A stretch of DNA of 64,000 nt from Felis catus (GCF_018350175.1 NC_058368.1:160954001-161018000), one strand, 5' to 3'. Shown: positions 51,965 through 64,000, counted from the stretch's first letter. Made by a program: numbers and translations. The notes: a model not told the origin generated them from the sequence alone.

Positions 51965-52170
51965 GGGTGTGTATTTTCTGCTAAACACTTTGTATTGTTT
52001 ATTTCATCTGATTCTCACAAATACTCAGAATCACAGCTTACGATATTCCTTTTACCAATGAAATAACTTACGTTTGGAAAAACAAAACGAGTTGACCGCA
52101 GTTGCAAATTTTAAAATGGTGGGACTAAGATTCAACTGTGAAATTTGTGGCTCCAACCCAGAGCACGGAA
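51965..52170 (-). mobile_element. MIR relic
   Basis: TGCTAAACACTTT...ATTCTCACAA...TTTTACCAATGA...GACTAAGATTCAA...GGCTCCAA. Confidence 0.65.
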
Positions 52171-54194
52171 TGTTGTTCTATAATGCCACTGTATGATTTA
52201 GGTTTTGTTATCTAGGATTTGTGATAAAGTACATACAAGGAGACAGAAGGCTATGGAAGTGGGCATCCCACAGAAGTGTGCACCTCAGGACCAGAGCCAG
52301 GATATGAATCCACATTCTGTGGCTGCATGTGCAGGTGCAGAAGGGCTTTCATAAGGTTTCTACAATCGGGAGGTGCAGTGCTAAGTGGCTGTCACTCTCT
52401 AGGCCAGACTTTGTTCGGACGGCCCCTGGAATCTCTTCTTCCAGCCCCATTTTTATGCACCAGTGCATAGCTATAGCATCTTCCCTGTGCTGCTTGCTTT
52501 CTATCTATTGTTCTACTATTATTTTAAAGGAAATAATTCTGCTGTATCAGGAGTACCATTCTTGAGGTGTAGTTCCAAAGAGCTCAGTTGTGTGACCTTA
52601 CCTCCAAAGTTATTATTTTCAATGATGTAGTTCTCTGAACTGAAAACCTGTATTATTTTTCTAGACCCTTCCTTAATTTCCAAAGTAGTTGTGTCCTCTG
52701 ATAACCTTTTAATAGAAACAAAAACAAGATAAGTACTAGCCTCTGAAGACGTTGTATACTATACAGGCTAATTTAGGTTCAGATGTGTTCCATGAAATAA
52801 AAATCTCACAGAGAGGTTTACAACATGAGGATTATTTCCTTTATTATTTGTAATAATATTGTACCAGATTAAAGCAGATCCACTATTTTAAAATCATTCA
52901 CTCTGATTTCATTTGAGAATGACTATTTGAAGAAAATAACGGATTCTAATAAATTATACATGTTTTTGTTTTGTGAAAAACCACTAGATGAAATGAGTGG
53001 GCCACCTGACTATAATTAATTCCTTTCCAAATCATTTTTTTTAATTTTCTAAGTGTACTGGTTTTCTAATATGCTATGTATTGGTTTTCTAACTATTAAA
53101 ACACCTTATATTGCCTATGGAATTAAACAAACACCATGTGAAATTAGCATTCTTGTCTTATGGCATTAATCAATTTACTTTTCTTCATATCAGCAAACCA
53201 AGTTTACAAATTAAATATCAACTTCAGTGATTGTGTAACCTAGCTGAAATAATATATAAAAAAGGCAAAGTCTCTACAATATAGTAACATTCAATACCAC
53301 AATGTCTTTTGTGGATGCATATGATTATAGTTAGTCTGGTCTGCATGAAATGGGCCTCTCAAAACCAAAAACGAATTCAGCTGGCTTGGAAAACTTCTCT
53401 AAAGACTGTTTCTATTCCTATTAATGTGCACCAACTTTTAAAATTATTTTTCTATTTGCTGTTTGAAGAACAATTTGCCATCTGCCATGTCTAGATATGG
53501 TAACTAATTGCTAATAAATGTGGTTGACATCCACAGGACTATTGAAGATGCCTTGAAGTCTGAGTTTTGAGACAGCCTCTTTTCTGTGTCTGTGACTGAT
53601 TCTTGTATCAGTGGTCACATTTTGCTTCACCTAATAACTATGAAATGCACAGAATTTTGCTTCATGATTTGTGAAATAATTTTGAAGATAAACATTCCCA
53701 GGAAAACAATGCTTCTGAAGAAAGTTCAAACCATCAACTAAATTAGGGAGAAACTGTCAAATATGACTCAGAATTACTCACCTGAATGCCAGATAAGACC
53801 ATTAAAAATCTTAAAAACGTTTAGATACCTAAATGTGGAACTTATTCATTATCCACAAATTCATTCCTCCTTGCCTTCATCGGTAACATGTATGATAACA
53901 GTATATTGCATTAAATTATGTTATTTATTATTATTTAAAACATAAAATTAATTAGTGGGAAAGAATTAAAATGTGAAAGATTTCTATCTGGTATGAGGGC
54001 AGCAGTGATTTTCTGACGAGTGCCAATCTGCCTCTGTTTGATTACAGGAGAAAAGTTTTCTTTATATATTGGAGATTGCATACAGTAAATTCACTTGGAT
54101 ATCAATTTGATCCCAAAATATAGGGTTACCTAAATACTAGATATTTTCCTAAAATGCAATTGCTTTACTGCATCACATTTTTGGTGTACCCCTT

Positions 54195-54400
54195 CTATTT
54201 TTTTTCAGGTTTTTATTTTGAGAGAAAGAGAGAGGGAACCAGCCAGGAAGGGGCAGAGAGAGAGGCAGAGAGGGAGATAATCCCAAGCAAGCTCTGCACT
54301 CTGTGCTCTGTGCTGAGCCAGACTGGGGGCTTGATCCCATGACTGTGAGATAATGACCTGAGCCGAAATCAAGAGTTGGACGTTAACCTACTGAGCCACC
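54195..54400 (-). mobile_element. Older CanSINE lacking its first ~10 nt
   Basis: Ends at CTGAGCCACC without CAGGCGCCCC; no TSD visible. Confidence 0.9.
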
Positions 54401-56179
54401 ATGTTTATGGATGCAAAAATAAAGATCATCATCTATACACAGCCCAGATCCTTAGTTCTGCAATAATCACTGATACAGAAACGGAGAAAACTACAAGGGA
54501 TTAAATTAACAAGATTGTGAATATCATCACACTTGATCTTTTGAAGTCCATTGACCTACCTTTCATACATTACAAATGACTTAATCCTACCAATTATTTA
54601 CTTCCACAAATAATTTGTTCTTCTTGAAGCTTTCCATGATACCCAGTTGAAGTTTTTATTTTTGTTTTTGTCCTGTGACTACTGGTACTTAATGCATCTT
54701 TTACATAAATTATTAAATCCTAACTTGTTTTATCCTTACATGTTTTATCCCCATTATCAATTATAAGGTTTTCTTAATATTTCTATAGATCAAAAACCAG
54801 TTAATGATTTACTGTCTACCTATCTTTTTCATTAAAATAAGCTGAAGTAGAAAAACTGGAATTTTTCTACTTAATTTCTAATTATCCTGAGTTTACACAC
54901 TCATTGTATTAACTCCAATCGTTCCTTTAAACTCTATTTTTTTCATCTTTTTGGTTTTTGATTAGAAAATCAGAAGCATTTATTCAAGTAACTTACTGGC
55001 ATAAGGGCCAGAACAAACTTCTTGGCCAGACTGTTGCCAAACAACCACTTATCTTGATTTAAGGCAACTTCTATGCAGCGATTACTGAATCCAAACCCTG
55101 CAGTTATAGGAGAAATTTAACAGCATTTGCCACCATTCGCAGATTATCTCACCCAAAGGAATCATAACAGCAATACTATCATATATTTTTTTCCAAAAAA
55201 CACCAAGACCAACATTTTCAGCTCAAAAGACTAAGGTACCCTTTGTGCTCATATTTCTAAAAAAAAAAAAAAAAAAAAAAAGGCCTGGGTACTAAATGAC
55301 TAAAGATTGTGGTAATAAAACTTTCTTGAACTAAAACTTTATCCTCTGGATACAGCTCAATTAAACTGTGAAATTACTAACAGAATATGGGAAATAATTT
55401 TTTAAAGGTTAATCTTTTAACAGAGGTTACATGTGGAAATGTGAGAATCTATTTAATACATTCTCTTCACTAGCAATATAGTTCCTTTTGTACAACATAT
55501 TTCATCAGGAGTTACTAAGTCTCTTCTTGACTTGCTAGAATCTAAAGAAAAGGGGAAAGCTAGCTAGATATTATAGACAAAAATTAGAAAAAAAATGAAA
55601 TTTTTGATGACTTGAAATATCAAGTATGTAACACACAACTTATATAATCATTTTAAATTATATAATTCTCAGTAAATGTTCAGGTCTTTGAGCCCAGTGA
55701 TAGTATTTTTTCTTCTGAAAATAACACTAAACTATTAGTCTAAGAAAAATGAGCTATACCTAAAGATTGCCAATGGATACTTTTACCAACAGTATCTTAT
55801 TAATTTATGAATAATTGCTTTCTGTTCATCTATTAAGGTTTTTTTCTACTGTGATGTTATTTTTCAGATTAGAGAAAAAGGGGCATATATCAATTTCTGT
55901 AATCTAAAAGAATGAGTATATATCAGAGTGATAAGGGGAATTTTCAACTTTTAACATTTGTAGACCCTGATCCCAGAAGCTATACTTTAACATTTACCAA
56001 GATCAAAATGATTCTACAAAACCTCAAAGTATGGGCTCTATTTATGCCCTGAGCACACATTGTAAATCTGCTTCTTTAAAGTAAATAGATAAATAAAGAA
56101 AGAAAGAACCAAAGAGAGCATTCCAAACATAAGAAAAACAAAAAACCCTCTCTGGTTCCCATAAGATTAAAGTCATACA

Positions 56180-57466
56180 CATGCAAAAAAAAAAAAAAAA
56201 AAAAATGAACCTGGACCACTTTCTTACACCATACACAAAAATAAACTCAAAATGGATGAAAGACCTAAATGTAAGACAGGAAACCATCAAAATACTCTAG
56301 GAGAAAGCAGACAAAAATCTCTTTGACCTTGGCCGCAGCAACTTCTTACTCAACATGTCTCCAGAGGCAAGGGACGCAAAAGCAAAAATGAACTACTGGG
56401 ACCTCATCAAAATAAAAAGCTTCCACACAGTGAAGGAAACAATCAGCAAAACTAAAAGGCAACTGAAAAATGGGAGACAATATTTGCAAATGACATCAGA
56501 TAAAGTGTTAGTATCCAAAATCTATAAAGAACTTACCAAACTCAATACCAAAAAAACAAATAATCCAGTGAAGAAATGGGCAAAAGACATGAACAGACAC
56601 TTCTCCAAAGAAGACATCCAGATGGCCAAACGACACATGAAACAATGCTCAATATCACCCATCAGCAGAGAACTACAACTCAAAACCACAATGAGGTACA
56701 ACCTCACACCTGTCAGAATGGCTCACATTAACAACTCAGGCAGCAAGAGATATTGGCAAGGATGTGAAGAAAGAGGATCTCTTTTGCATTGTTGGTGGGA
56801 ATGCAAGCTGGTGCAGCCACTCTGTAGAATAGTATGGAGGTTCCTCAAAAAATTAAAATAGAACTACCCTACAACCCAGCAATTATACTACTAGGTATTT
56901 ATCCAAGTGATATAGGTATGCTGTTTCAAAAGGGCACATGCACTCCAATGTTTATAGCAGCACTATCACCAATAGCCAAAGTATGGTAAGAGCCCATATG
57001 TCCACCAATGGATGAATGGATATAGAAGTGGTATATATACAGAATGGAGTATTACTCAGCAATCAAAAAGAAAGAAATTTTGCCATTTGCAACTATGTGG
57101 ATGGAACTAGAGGGTATTATGCTAGAGGAAATTAATCAGAGAAAGACAAATATCATATGACCTCACTCATATGAGCACTTTAAGATACAAAACAGATGAA
57201 CATAAGGAAAGGGAAGCAAAAATAATATAAAAACAGGGAGGGGGATAAAACAGAAGAGACTCATAAATATGGAAAACAAACAGAGGGTTACTGGAGGGGT
57301 TGTGGTGGGGGGGGTGGGCTAAATGGGTAAGGGTATTAAGGAATCTACTCCTGAAATCATTGTTGCACTATACACTAAATTGGATGTAAATTTAAAAAAT
57401 AAATTATTAAAAAGTAAATAAATAAATAAGCAAGCAATCTCAACCTCTGGGGAGAAAAAAAAAGAG
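56180..57466 (+). mobile_element. 5'-truncated LINE-1 with short 3' transduction
   Basis: ORF2 C-terminal peptide at 56355-56861; 3'UTR like that of the 1-3757 element; 16-bp TSD AGATTAAAGTCATACA at 56164-56179 and 57467-57482. Confidence 0.96.
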
Positions 57467-57639
57467 AGATTAAAGTCATACAGACTTTGCACAAAAACAT
57501 ACACAAAGCTGTACCAAATGTTCCTTCTTCCCCAGAGCACTCTCTTTCTTTGTGAAGACTGTGCATCCTGTGCGGCTGTCCTAACAGGCTCATATAAAAT
57601 CCTTTCCCTTCTCTTTAAAATTAAAACAAACAAACAAAA

Positions 57640-58003
57640 AAAGGTTTGTTCATTTTGCAAGAGTTACCTGGGGAATATTTTTCAAGTTTATTTTATTTTA
57701 TTTTATTTTTGAGAGAGAGAGAGCGCAAGCAGGGGAGGGGCAGAGAAAGAGGGAAACACAGAATTTGAAGCAGGCTCCAGGCTCTGAGCTGTCAGCACAG
57801 GGCCTGACATGGGAAATGAAACGTGAGATCATGACCTGAGCTGAAGTCGGATGCTTAATCAACTAAGTCACCCAGGCACCCCTGGGAAATATTTTTAAAA
57901 TGCAGAATCTTGGCCTTGTTCCATACATACTGAATCAGAATTTTCATGGGTAAGGTAAAGTGATCTTACTTTTGAACCTCAGCATTTGGCTTAGAAACCA
58001 GTG
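57640..58003. mobile_element. MER5A-like hAT MITE relic, interrupted by a SINE
   Basis: TTACCTGGGGA...AAAATGCAGA...TACTGAATCAGAAT...AGAAACCAGTG. Confidence 0.6.
57683..57882 (-). mobile_element. Feline CanSINE
   Basis: Canonical sequence; TSD CTGGG(G/A)AATATTTTT. Confidence 0.94.
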
Positions 58004-58482
58004 TATCAACTGACAAATCAATGTGTCCTCAAGAACTGAGTGTTGAATAGTATTGTATGTACATGAGGTCATCATTTGTGGGGGGGTTGGGGTTAAAATA
58101 TACTGAAAGCTTTTGAATGATATATGGGATATCATGAGAATGTACTACAAATCTTTCAGCTAAATGGCATGCACAGATAATGCTTTCCTAATCAAAACCT
58201 TAAAAATCAAATAGAATGTAAGAGAACATTTATTTATTTGACCCTCTTCTATGACCTAAGTTCTGTTAGTCATTCTACATGCATTATATCATTAATCTTA
58301 AAAATTATATAAAAAAACATTTGTATTTAAATTATTCTGATAAAATATTCTAATTTAAATTAGGACTCTGAGTTACTGCTTTTCCCAAATTCATGTACCT
58401 AACAAATCTATCTTATTTGAAAGCTTATAAATTCGATTTTATCATATATTCTGTGATGGACTTCTAAAAGGAGAGAGTTGAA

Positions 58483-58680
58483 GGACACCTTGGTGGCTCA
58501 GTCATAGAGCATGCAACTCTTAATTTTAGCTCAGATCATGATCCCAGGGTTGTGAGACAGAGCCCCTCCATGGGCTCCATGCTGAGCGTGGAGCCTGCTT
58601 GAGATTCTCTCTCCCTCTAATCTTTTCCCCTGCTTGTGCTCTCTCTTTAAAAATTAAAAAAAATAATAATAATTTAAAAA
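58483..58680 (+). mobile_element. Older CanSINE
   Basis: Diverged head; TSD-like GAGA(G/C)TTGAA. Confidence 0.9.
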
Positions 58681-58948
58681 AAGAGACTTGAAACAGAGGG
58701 CTGATATACTTTTGTTAAAAGTGTATCTTCTCCATATGATTCAAGAAGCCATTCCGAGTGGGAAATACTATTTTGAGCTCACTTTGACTATTTATGAATA
58801 ATCAGCTGAAAAGCAGTTACTGTAAGATCTTAAGGAAGAAAGTGGAATCTGAAGTTTGGAGTGTGTAATTGCATAAGAATTGAAGTCATGTGTAGCCATG
58901 TATGATTTCTATACTTAAGGATAACATACAAATAAAAATAACTCCAAG

Positions 58949-59165
58949 AGGCACCTGGGCAGCTCAGTCAGTTACACATCTGACTTTGACTCAGGTCATG
59001 ATCTCCTGGTTTGTGAGTTCCAGCCCCGTGTCGGGTTCTTTGTTGACAGCTCAGAGCCTGGAGCCTGCTTTAGATTCTGTGTCTCATTCTCTCTCTGCCC
59101 CTTCCTCACTTGTGCTCTGTCTCTCTCTGTCTCTCAAAAATAAATAAATGTAAAATAAATAAATA
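58949..59165 (+). mobile_element. Feline CanSINE
   Basis: TSD AAATAACTCC; followed by a C-rich run. Confidence 0.93.
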
Positions 59166-59835
59166 AATAACTCCCCCCACCCCCCCACCCCCCCAAAAAA
59201 AGGTAAAACTAGAAATCTATAGTTATGGTCATCTGAATGGCATTTTCAGCCTGCAAAATGTTCTCAAAGTGAGAAATAGCCTTAGGGTAAAGATCAATTC
59301 CAGGGCATTTCTACTGAAATGTGGCCTCAGGTCAAAGCTTAGATTAAGTATGTGTGCCAAAATTCTTTGATAAGATGTTGAAAAGTACATAAACATTTAA
59401 GTTTACACATCTATCTCATAAAGCTCTCACATACATGATATAAAAAGGTCTAAAATGTTAACCTTTGATTATTAATGAATCAATATTATTATAAAAAGAA
59501 AAAGTTATCTAAAAAATCAAATTGGGCATCAAGAAATTCCCTGGAACTCATATTTTAAGCACCAGAGATTATCATTAGTAAATATATGGAGATGGATATT
59601 TTTTTTAAACTTGCACAAATGCACTTATTTTTTAAAATGCAGAGTGAAACAGAGGCTTATGGATAACAGTTTTAACTAAATTAGGCAATAAGAATCCCAG
59701 TGGGGGTTTATATTTGAAGACATGTCAACTGAAGAGCCAAGATATCTACCTTCACATTCACCCAAAATTGATTGGTGAAGCAGATGCAGACAACATGGAA
59801 GCAAATAGTAGTCAGTGTTAGAAATTCTTAAATCC

Positions 59836-60072
59836 AGGGTATCTGGGTGACTCAGCCGGCTGAGTATCCTGCCCAGCTCTTGATTTTTTTGTCAAGTCAT
59901 GATCCCAGGGTCATGGATTCGAGCCCTGTGTTGGGATCTGCGCTGAGTGGAGAGGCTGCTTGATGGGATTCTCTCTCTCCCTCTCTCTGCCCCTCCCCCA
60001 CTCAGGCTCTCCCATTCTCTCTCTCCCTCTGTCTCTCTAAAAATAAATAAATGAACTTAAAAAAAAAAAGAA
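59836..60072 (+). mobile_element. Older CanSINE
   Basis: TSD AGAAATTCTT(A/G)AATC. Confidence 0.92.
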
Positions 60073-60079
60073 AAGAAAT

Positions 60080-61125
60080 TCTTGAATCTGCCTAGGCACA
60101 TTTCACAAGTTCCTTAATGAAGATTAGTCCTGCTCTTGGGAATTTATTTTCCTTCTATTTTAACTCTGCACTCTTTTGTTCAGAAATGGTTCATGTTTAT
60201 AGCTGATTAGCTTTCTTAGTCTGCCTCTTGAAATTTGAAGGTTGGGAGCCCTGGAAATGGCCTCTGCCTATTTTAGTTCAAGCCAATGGTGCTTTTGCTG
60301 ATTCAGTTCTCTTAAGATCTTTGTGATAGTCCTATGAATCTTACTAGTGTTTTTACTATTACACCAAACTCACACCCACAAATTACTTCAGGTCAGGCTA
60401 TTCTCAAAGAGATGTGAATCTGTCCCAATGAGATTTGTGGACTGAGTGTGAAATTATTATTGCACAACAGCCTAGTAGTGATTCTTAGAAGTCATTTGGC
60501 TTAGCAGAGAAAGTTTAAACAGCATGCTCCTAAGATCTTTAAGAGTCATTTTTATCTATTGAAGAGATGTAACCTTTAAATCTTTCTAAAGTCCTTGAAA
60601 GATTTTAGAGCAATATCCTTAACCTCCCCTGGAGGACACGTTTTACTGGAAGTGCCCTGACGTTGCTCTTTACCCTGACACCATTTCTTACTTTGAGAAC
60701 ACTTTGGCTAGAAAGATATATAGGCTACCCTGTATTTCCTATAAATTTTCTCAAAAACTGAATGTTTCCTTCTTTAATTCATCTCTGTATATATGTTTCT
60801 TGTTAAATACAGTTGAAAAACATTAGTTAGCATTTTCATCATTCTTGGAAGACTCTTTAGGCAAATTCACCAGTTCATTAAGTACTTTCTATTTTCTATT
60901 TGTAAGTATTTTCTGTTTCCAGTTATAAAAGGTGGCAATTTTTCTTTCACATACTTCTTAACACAGGCTGCTTTACATCCAGACACCAGTAATAATTTCC
61001 TCATTCTTTTTCGAGCTTCCTTCATGAGTTTCCTCAAGGTCTTCCCAGCCACTTGTTGCTACACAGTTCCCAAACTGATGTCATATATTGCAGGTTTCTG
61101 TTTCAAAACATCCCTTTCTTCCTAA
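60080..61125 (-). mobile_element. Probable MaLR internal sequence adjoining an MLT1 LTR
   Basis: AAATTCACCAGTTCATTAAGTAC and CCATTTCTTACTTTGAGA motifs recalled from MLT1-int; directly abuts the LTR. Confidence 0.45.
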
Positions 61126-61129
61126 CAAG

Positions 61130-61790
61130 TTTCATTCTTCTATCTGTTACATTGTAACAAACCACTAAAAAAACTTCTTGCTCAGAAAAAAAAATATTCT
61201 GTGCTTCTGTAGCTCTTACGGGTTCAGTTTCATTGTTCTCATTGGATATCATATACAGTGTAATCATACAGCAATGGATTCTAGACTCAACTGAGGACAG
61301 ACTGGGCTAGATATGCAAGACGATTCCTTCACTTACATGTCTGTGCTTCCATGTGACCAATCTCTGTTTCTTTTTCTCTCTTCCTCTCCTCTTTCTCTCC
61401 CTCTCTTTCTACCCTACCTCAATATGCCACAGGATCATTTGTAATATGCTAGGATTATTTGTACTTCAATGGAAAACTACATTATCCAGAAGACACAATT
61501 TCATGTTATCTAATTTTGGTCTTCGCTATTTTTGAGATGTTGTACAACTCTGTAAATTGTCATAACTGATACCAGTAAAATAATTCTTGCTTACATAGAC
61601 ACTTAGACCTGCCATGAGATCATTTCTGCCAATACCCAATTGGACAAAGCAGTCTCAGGACCTGCCTGCATTCCAAGGAATGAAGAAATTAACTCAGTAC
61701 TCTTGACGGGATATTTCAGGTCATATTTCAAAGAGCATATAGAATGGAAGATAATTTTATAGTCATCTTTGAAAAATACAATCTGTTACA
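61130..61790 (-). mobile_element. MaLR LTR (MLT1F/G-like)
   Basis: TGTAACAAACCAC at the left; the right end reads TGTAACAGATTGTATTTTTCAAAGATGAC on the minus strand. Confidence 0.7.
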
Positions 61791-61892
61791 ATGTACTTCA
61801 ACAACCTCTTGGCTTAGACACTATAGGTTATTATTCTATTGCTCCTGTGGTAAAAAATTTATTATATATTTTAATGTAGTCATATACATTAA

Positions 61893-61965
61893 TTTTTTTA
61901 ATGTTTATTTATTTTGAGAGAGAGTGAGGAAGGGGCAGAGAGAGAGGGAGAAAGAGAAATCCCAA
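61893..61965 (-). mobile_element. CanSINE 3' fragment
   Basis: TTTTTAATGTTTATTTATTTTGAGAGAGAG...GAAATCCCAA only; head absent. Confidence 0.8.
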
Positions 61966-62071
61966 TAAATTAATTAATTTTATGATAGTGCATTTCATGG
62001 AGAGTTTAATGAACAGAATATTTTTATTTTATTTAAATATTTCATTGTAGTAAGAAGCAGGTATCATAATG

Positions 62072-62137
62072 GTTTAGTATGTTTGGGCTGCTATAACAAA
62101 ATACCATAGACTGGGTGGCTTATAAATAACATGTAAT
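62072..62137 (-). mobile_element. MLT1A-like LTR, left part
   Basis: TTAGTATGTTTGGGCTGCTATAACAAAATACCATAGACTGGGTGGCTTATAAA; collinear with 17592-17655. Confidence 0.85.
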
Positions 62138-63681
62138 TGAGAGTGGCTAGGGAAGTGTAGGACTGTATCTGGGACTAGAGGGAAAAAAACCTTGGATGGG
62201 ACAGAGAGGGATTCCATCTCTAACTGCAGGGCTTTCTTTGGACTGTGGCCAGCTGCCCTGTTCGCACACCTGGGGAGGAGGGGAGTCACCTCCAGGTTTG
62301 GTGGTAGGTCAGGGGTGCAGTCCACAGCAGAAGAAACCGGTCCCCTCCTCTGAAGGGCTACAGCACAGGATAAAACCAGCCAGGACCACATAGCAGGCAG
62401 CATTGACAGACACTTTTCCAGTACCAGGGCACCCAGAGAGGGAGTTTAAATCCCAGCCAAGCACCAGGGCACAGGAGTCATGGGAGCGAGACAGACAGCC
62501 TTGTCTGCACCCATGGCACAGTGAGGATGGCTCCAAAGGAGTGATTGGGACATTGGGTTGTGGAGAATAGACTGGGGGGGGGTCGCCATTTTTCTCCCCA
62601 CCACCACCAAAGTTGGGCCTCAGGGATGGGCCAGCAGAGCCCACAGTGGAGGCTGGACCAGCCTACACCAAACCAGGACCCCCCCGCCCCCCCTGCACTG
62701 ATTAACTGCGTATCTACTAGAGCAGGATAGATGCAGAGGTACCAGATGGCCCCCTCCTCTAGTCCAGCACTGCTTCATTGCCTGGATCAATTATCTGACA
62801 ATTCTTCTTATATAGATATACATGGGGAGGAGACATGAATAGACACTTTTCCAAAGAAGACAATCAGATGGCCAACAGACACATGAAACATGCTAAACAT
62901 CACTCATCATCAGGAAAATACAAATCAAACCACAATGAGGTATCACTTCACAACTGTCAGAATGGTTAAAATTAACAACAGGTTAGCAAGGATGCAGAGA
63001 ACTGGAACCATTCTGCACTGCTGGTGGGAATGAAAACTGGTGCAGCCACTCTGGAAAACAGTGTGGAGGTTCCTCAAAAAACTAAAAACAGAACTACTCC
63101 TATGATGCAGCAATAGCACTGCTAGGAATTTACCCAAGGGATACAGGAGTGCTGATGCATAGGGGCACTTGTACCCCAATGTTTATAGAACTTTCAACAA
63201 TAGTCAAATTATGGAAAGAAACTAAATGTCAATCAACTGACGAATGGATAAAGAAGATGTAGTTTATATATGCAATGGAATACTACTAGGCAATGAGAAA
63301 TACTGAAATCTATCCATTTGCAGCAACGTGGACCGAACTGGAGGGTATTAGGCTAAGTGAAATAAGCCAGTCAGAGAAAGACAGATACCATATGTTTTCA
63401 TTCATATGTGGGTCTTGAGAAACTTAACAGAAGACCATGGGGGAGGGAAAGGGGAAAAAAGAAGTTTGAGAGAGGGAGGGAGGCAAATCATAAGACACTT
63501 TCAAATACTGAGAACAAACTGAGGCTTTATGGGGGGGGGAGAGGGGAAAGTGGGTGATGAGCATTGAGGAGGGCACTTGTTGGGATGAGCACTGGGTGTT
63601 GTATGGAAACCAATTTGACAATAAATTATATTAAAAATATCTGCACAATTTAGGTGTGAATATAAAAGATGACATAAAAAA

Positions 63682-63728
<47 letters not shown>

Positions 63729-63755
63729 ACAAATCCAGAAAAACAAAAACAAAAA
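62138..63755 (+). mobile_element. Bipartite LINE-1: GC-rich 5'UTR-like block (to about 62820) fused to ORF2 end, 3'UTR and tail
   Basis: L1 3' part is unambiguous from about 62822 (AGACATGAATAGACAC); the upstream block has motifs recalled from carnivore L1 5'UTRs (GGGAGTTTAAAT, CGCCATTTTTCTCCC, CCTACACCAAACC). Confidence 0.75.
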
Positions 63756-63759
63756 CCGG

Positions 63760-64000
63760 GTATTTATTTTTCACAGTTCTGGAGGTTGTCAAGTCCAAGA
63801 TCATGATGCCATTTGATTCAGTGTTTGGTAAGCACCCACTTCCTACAAGGTTGTCTTTTCCCTGTGACTTCACATGGTGGAAGAGTGTAGAGGGGCCTCT
63901 TTTAAGGGCATTAATTCCACCATCAAGACCTAATTATCTCCCAAAAGACTCATCTCCTAAAGCCATCACCCTGCAGGTTAGGATTTCAACATATGAATTG
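63760..64000 (-). mobile_element. MLT1A-like LTR, right part (continues past the window end)
   Basis: ATTTATTTTTCACAGTTCTGGAGG...AAGTCCAAGATCA...GGTTAGGATTTCAACATATGAATT resumes where 62137 stopped. Confidence 0.85.

Noticed and set aside
53776..53870. Minus-strand donor CAG|GTGAGT
   Set aside because: It lies in L2-like sequence and I found no convincing acceptor or frame.
62074..62730. Several 60-110 aa ORFs in the GC-rich block
   Set aside because: They span repeat junctions and fit chance ORFs in L1 5'UTR-like sequence.
1..64000. CRISPR array, operon or other prokaryotic system
   Set aside because: The sequence is mammalian; it has no regularly spaced repeat-spacer array and no bacterial-like genes.

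Overview
AT-rich mammalian genomic DNA, almost certainly felid: the young SINEs match the feline tRNA-derived CanSINE (SINEC_Fc) pattern and the LINE-1s are carnivore-type. I recognise no host protein-coding gene, RNA gene or CRISPR array. Nearly every ORF in the supplied track is a piece of decayed LINE-1, a SINE or a microsatellite. The window contains about 27 CanSINEs (many with readable target-site duplications, TSDs), several solo LTRs (MLT1, MER34-like, ERVL-like), Charlie1/MER5-type DNA transposon fossils and MIR/L2 relics. It also has seven larger L1 copies whose main bodies all lie on the + strand. The most notable structures are: a full-length dead L1 (43067-49092) with extra sequence inside its TSD at both ends; a twin-primed inverted L1 (4769-8576); a bipartite L1 joining 5'UTR-like sequence directly to the 3' end inside an MLT1A LTR (62138-63755); short 3' transductions; a templated fold-back insertion; two splice-site-flanked candidate small exons; and two RFX X-box-like palindromes. 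Subfamily names come from memory of consensus sequences, not from a search. Boundaries without TSDs are approximate. I do not see a convincingly novel biological system, only candidates worth checking.
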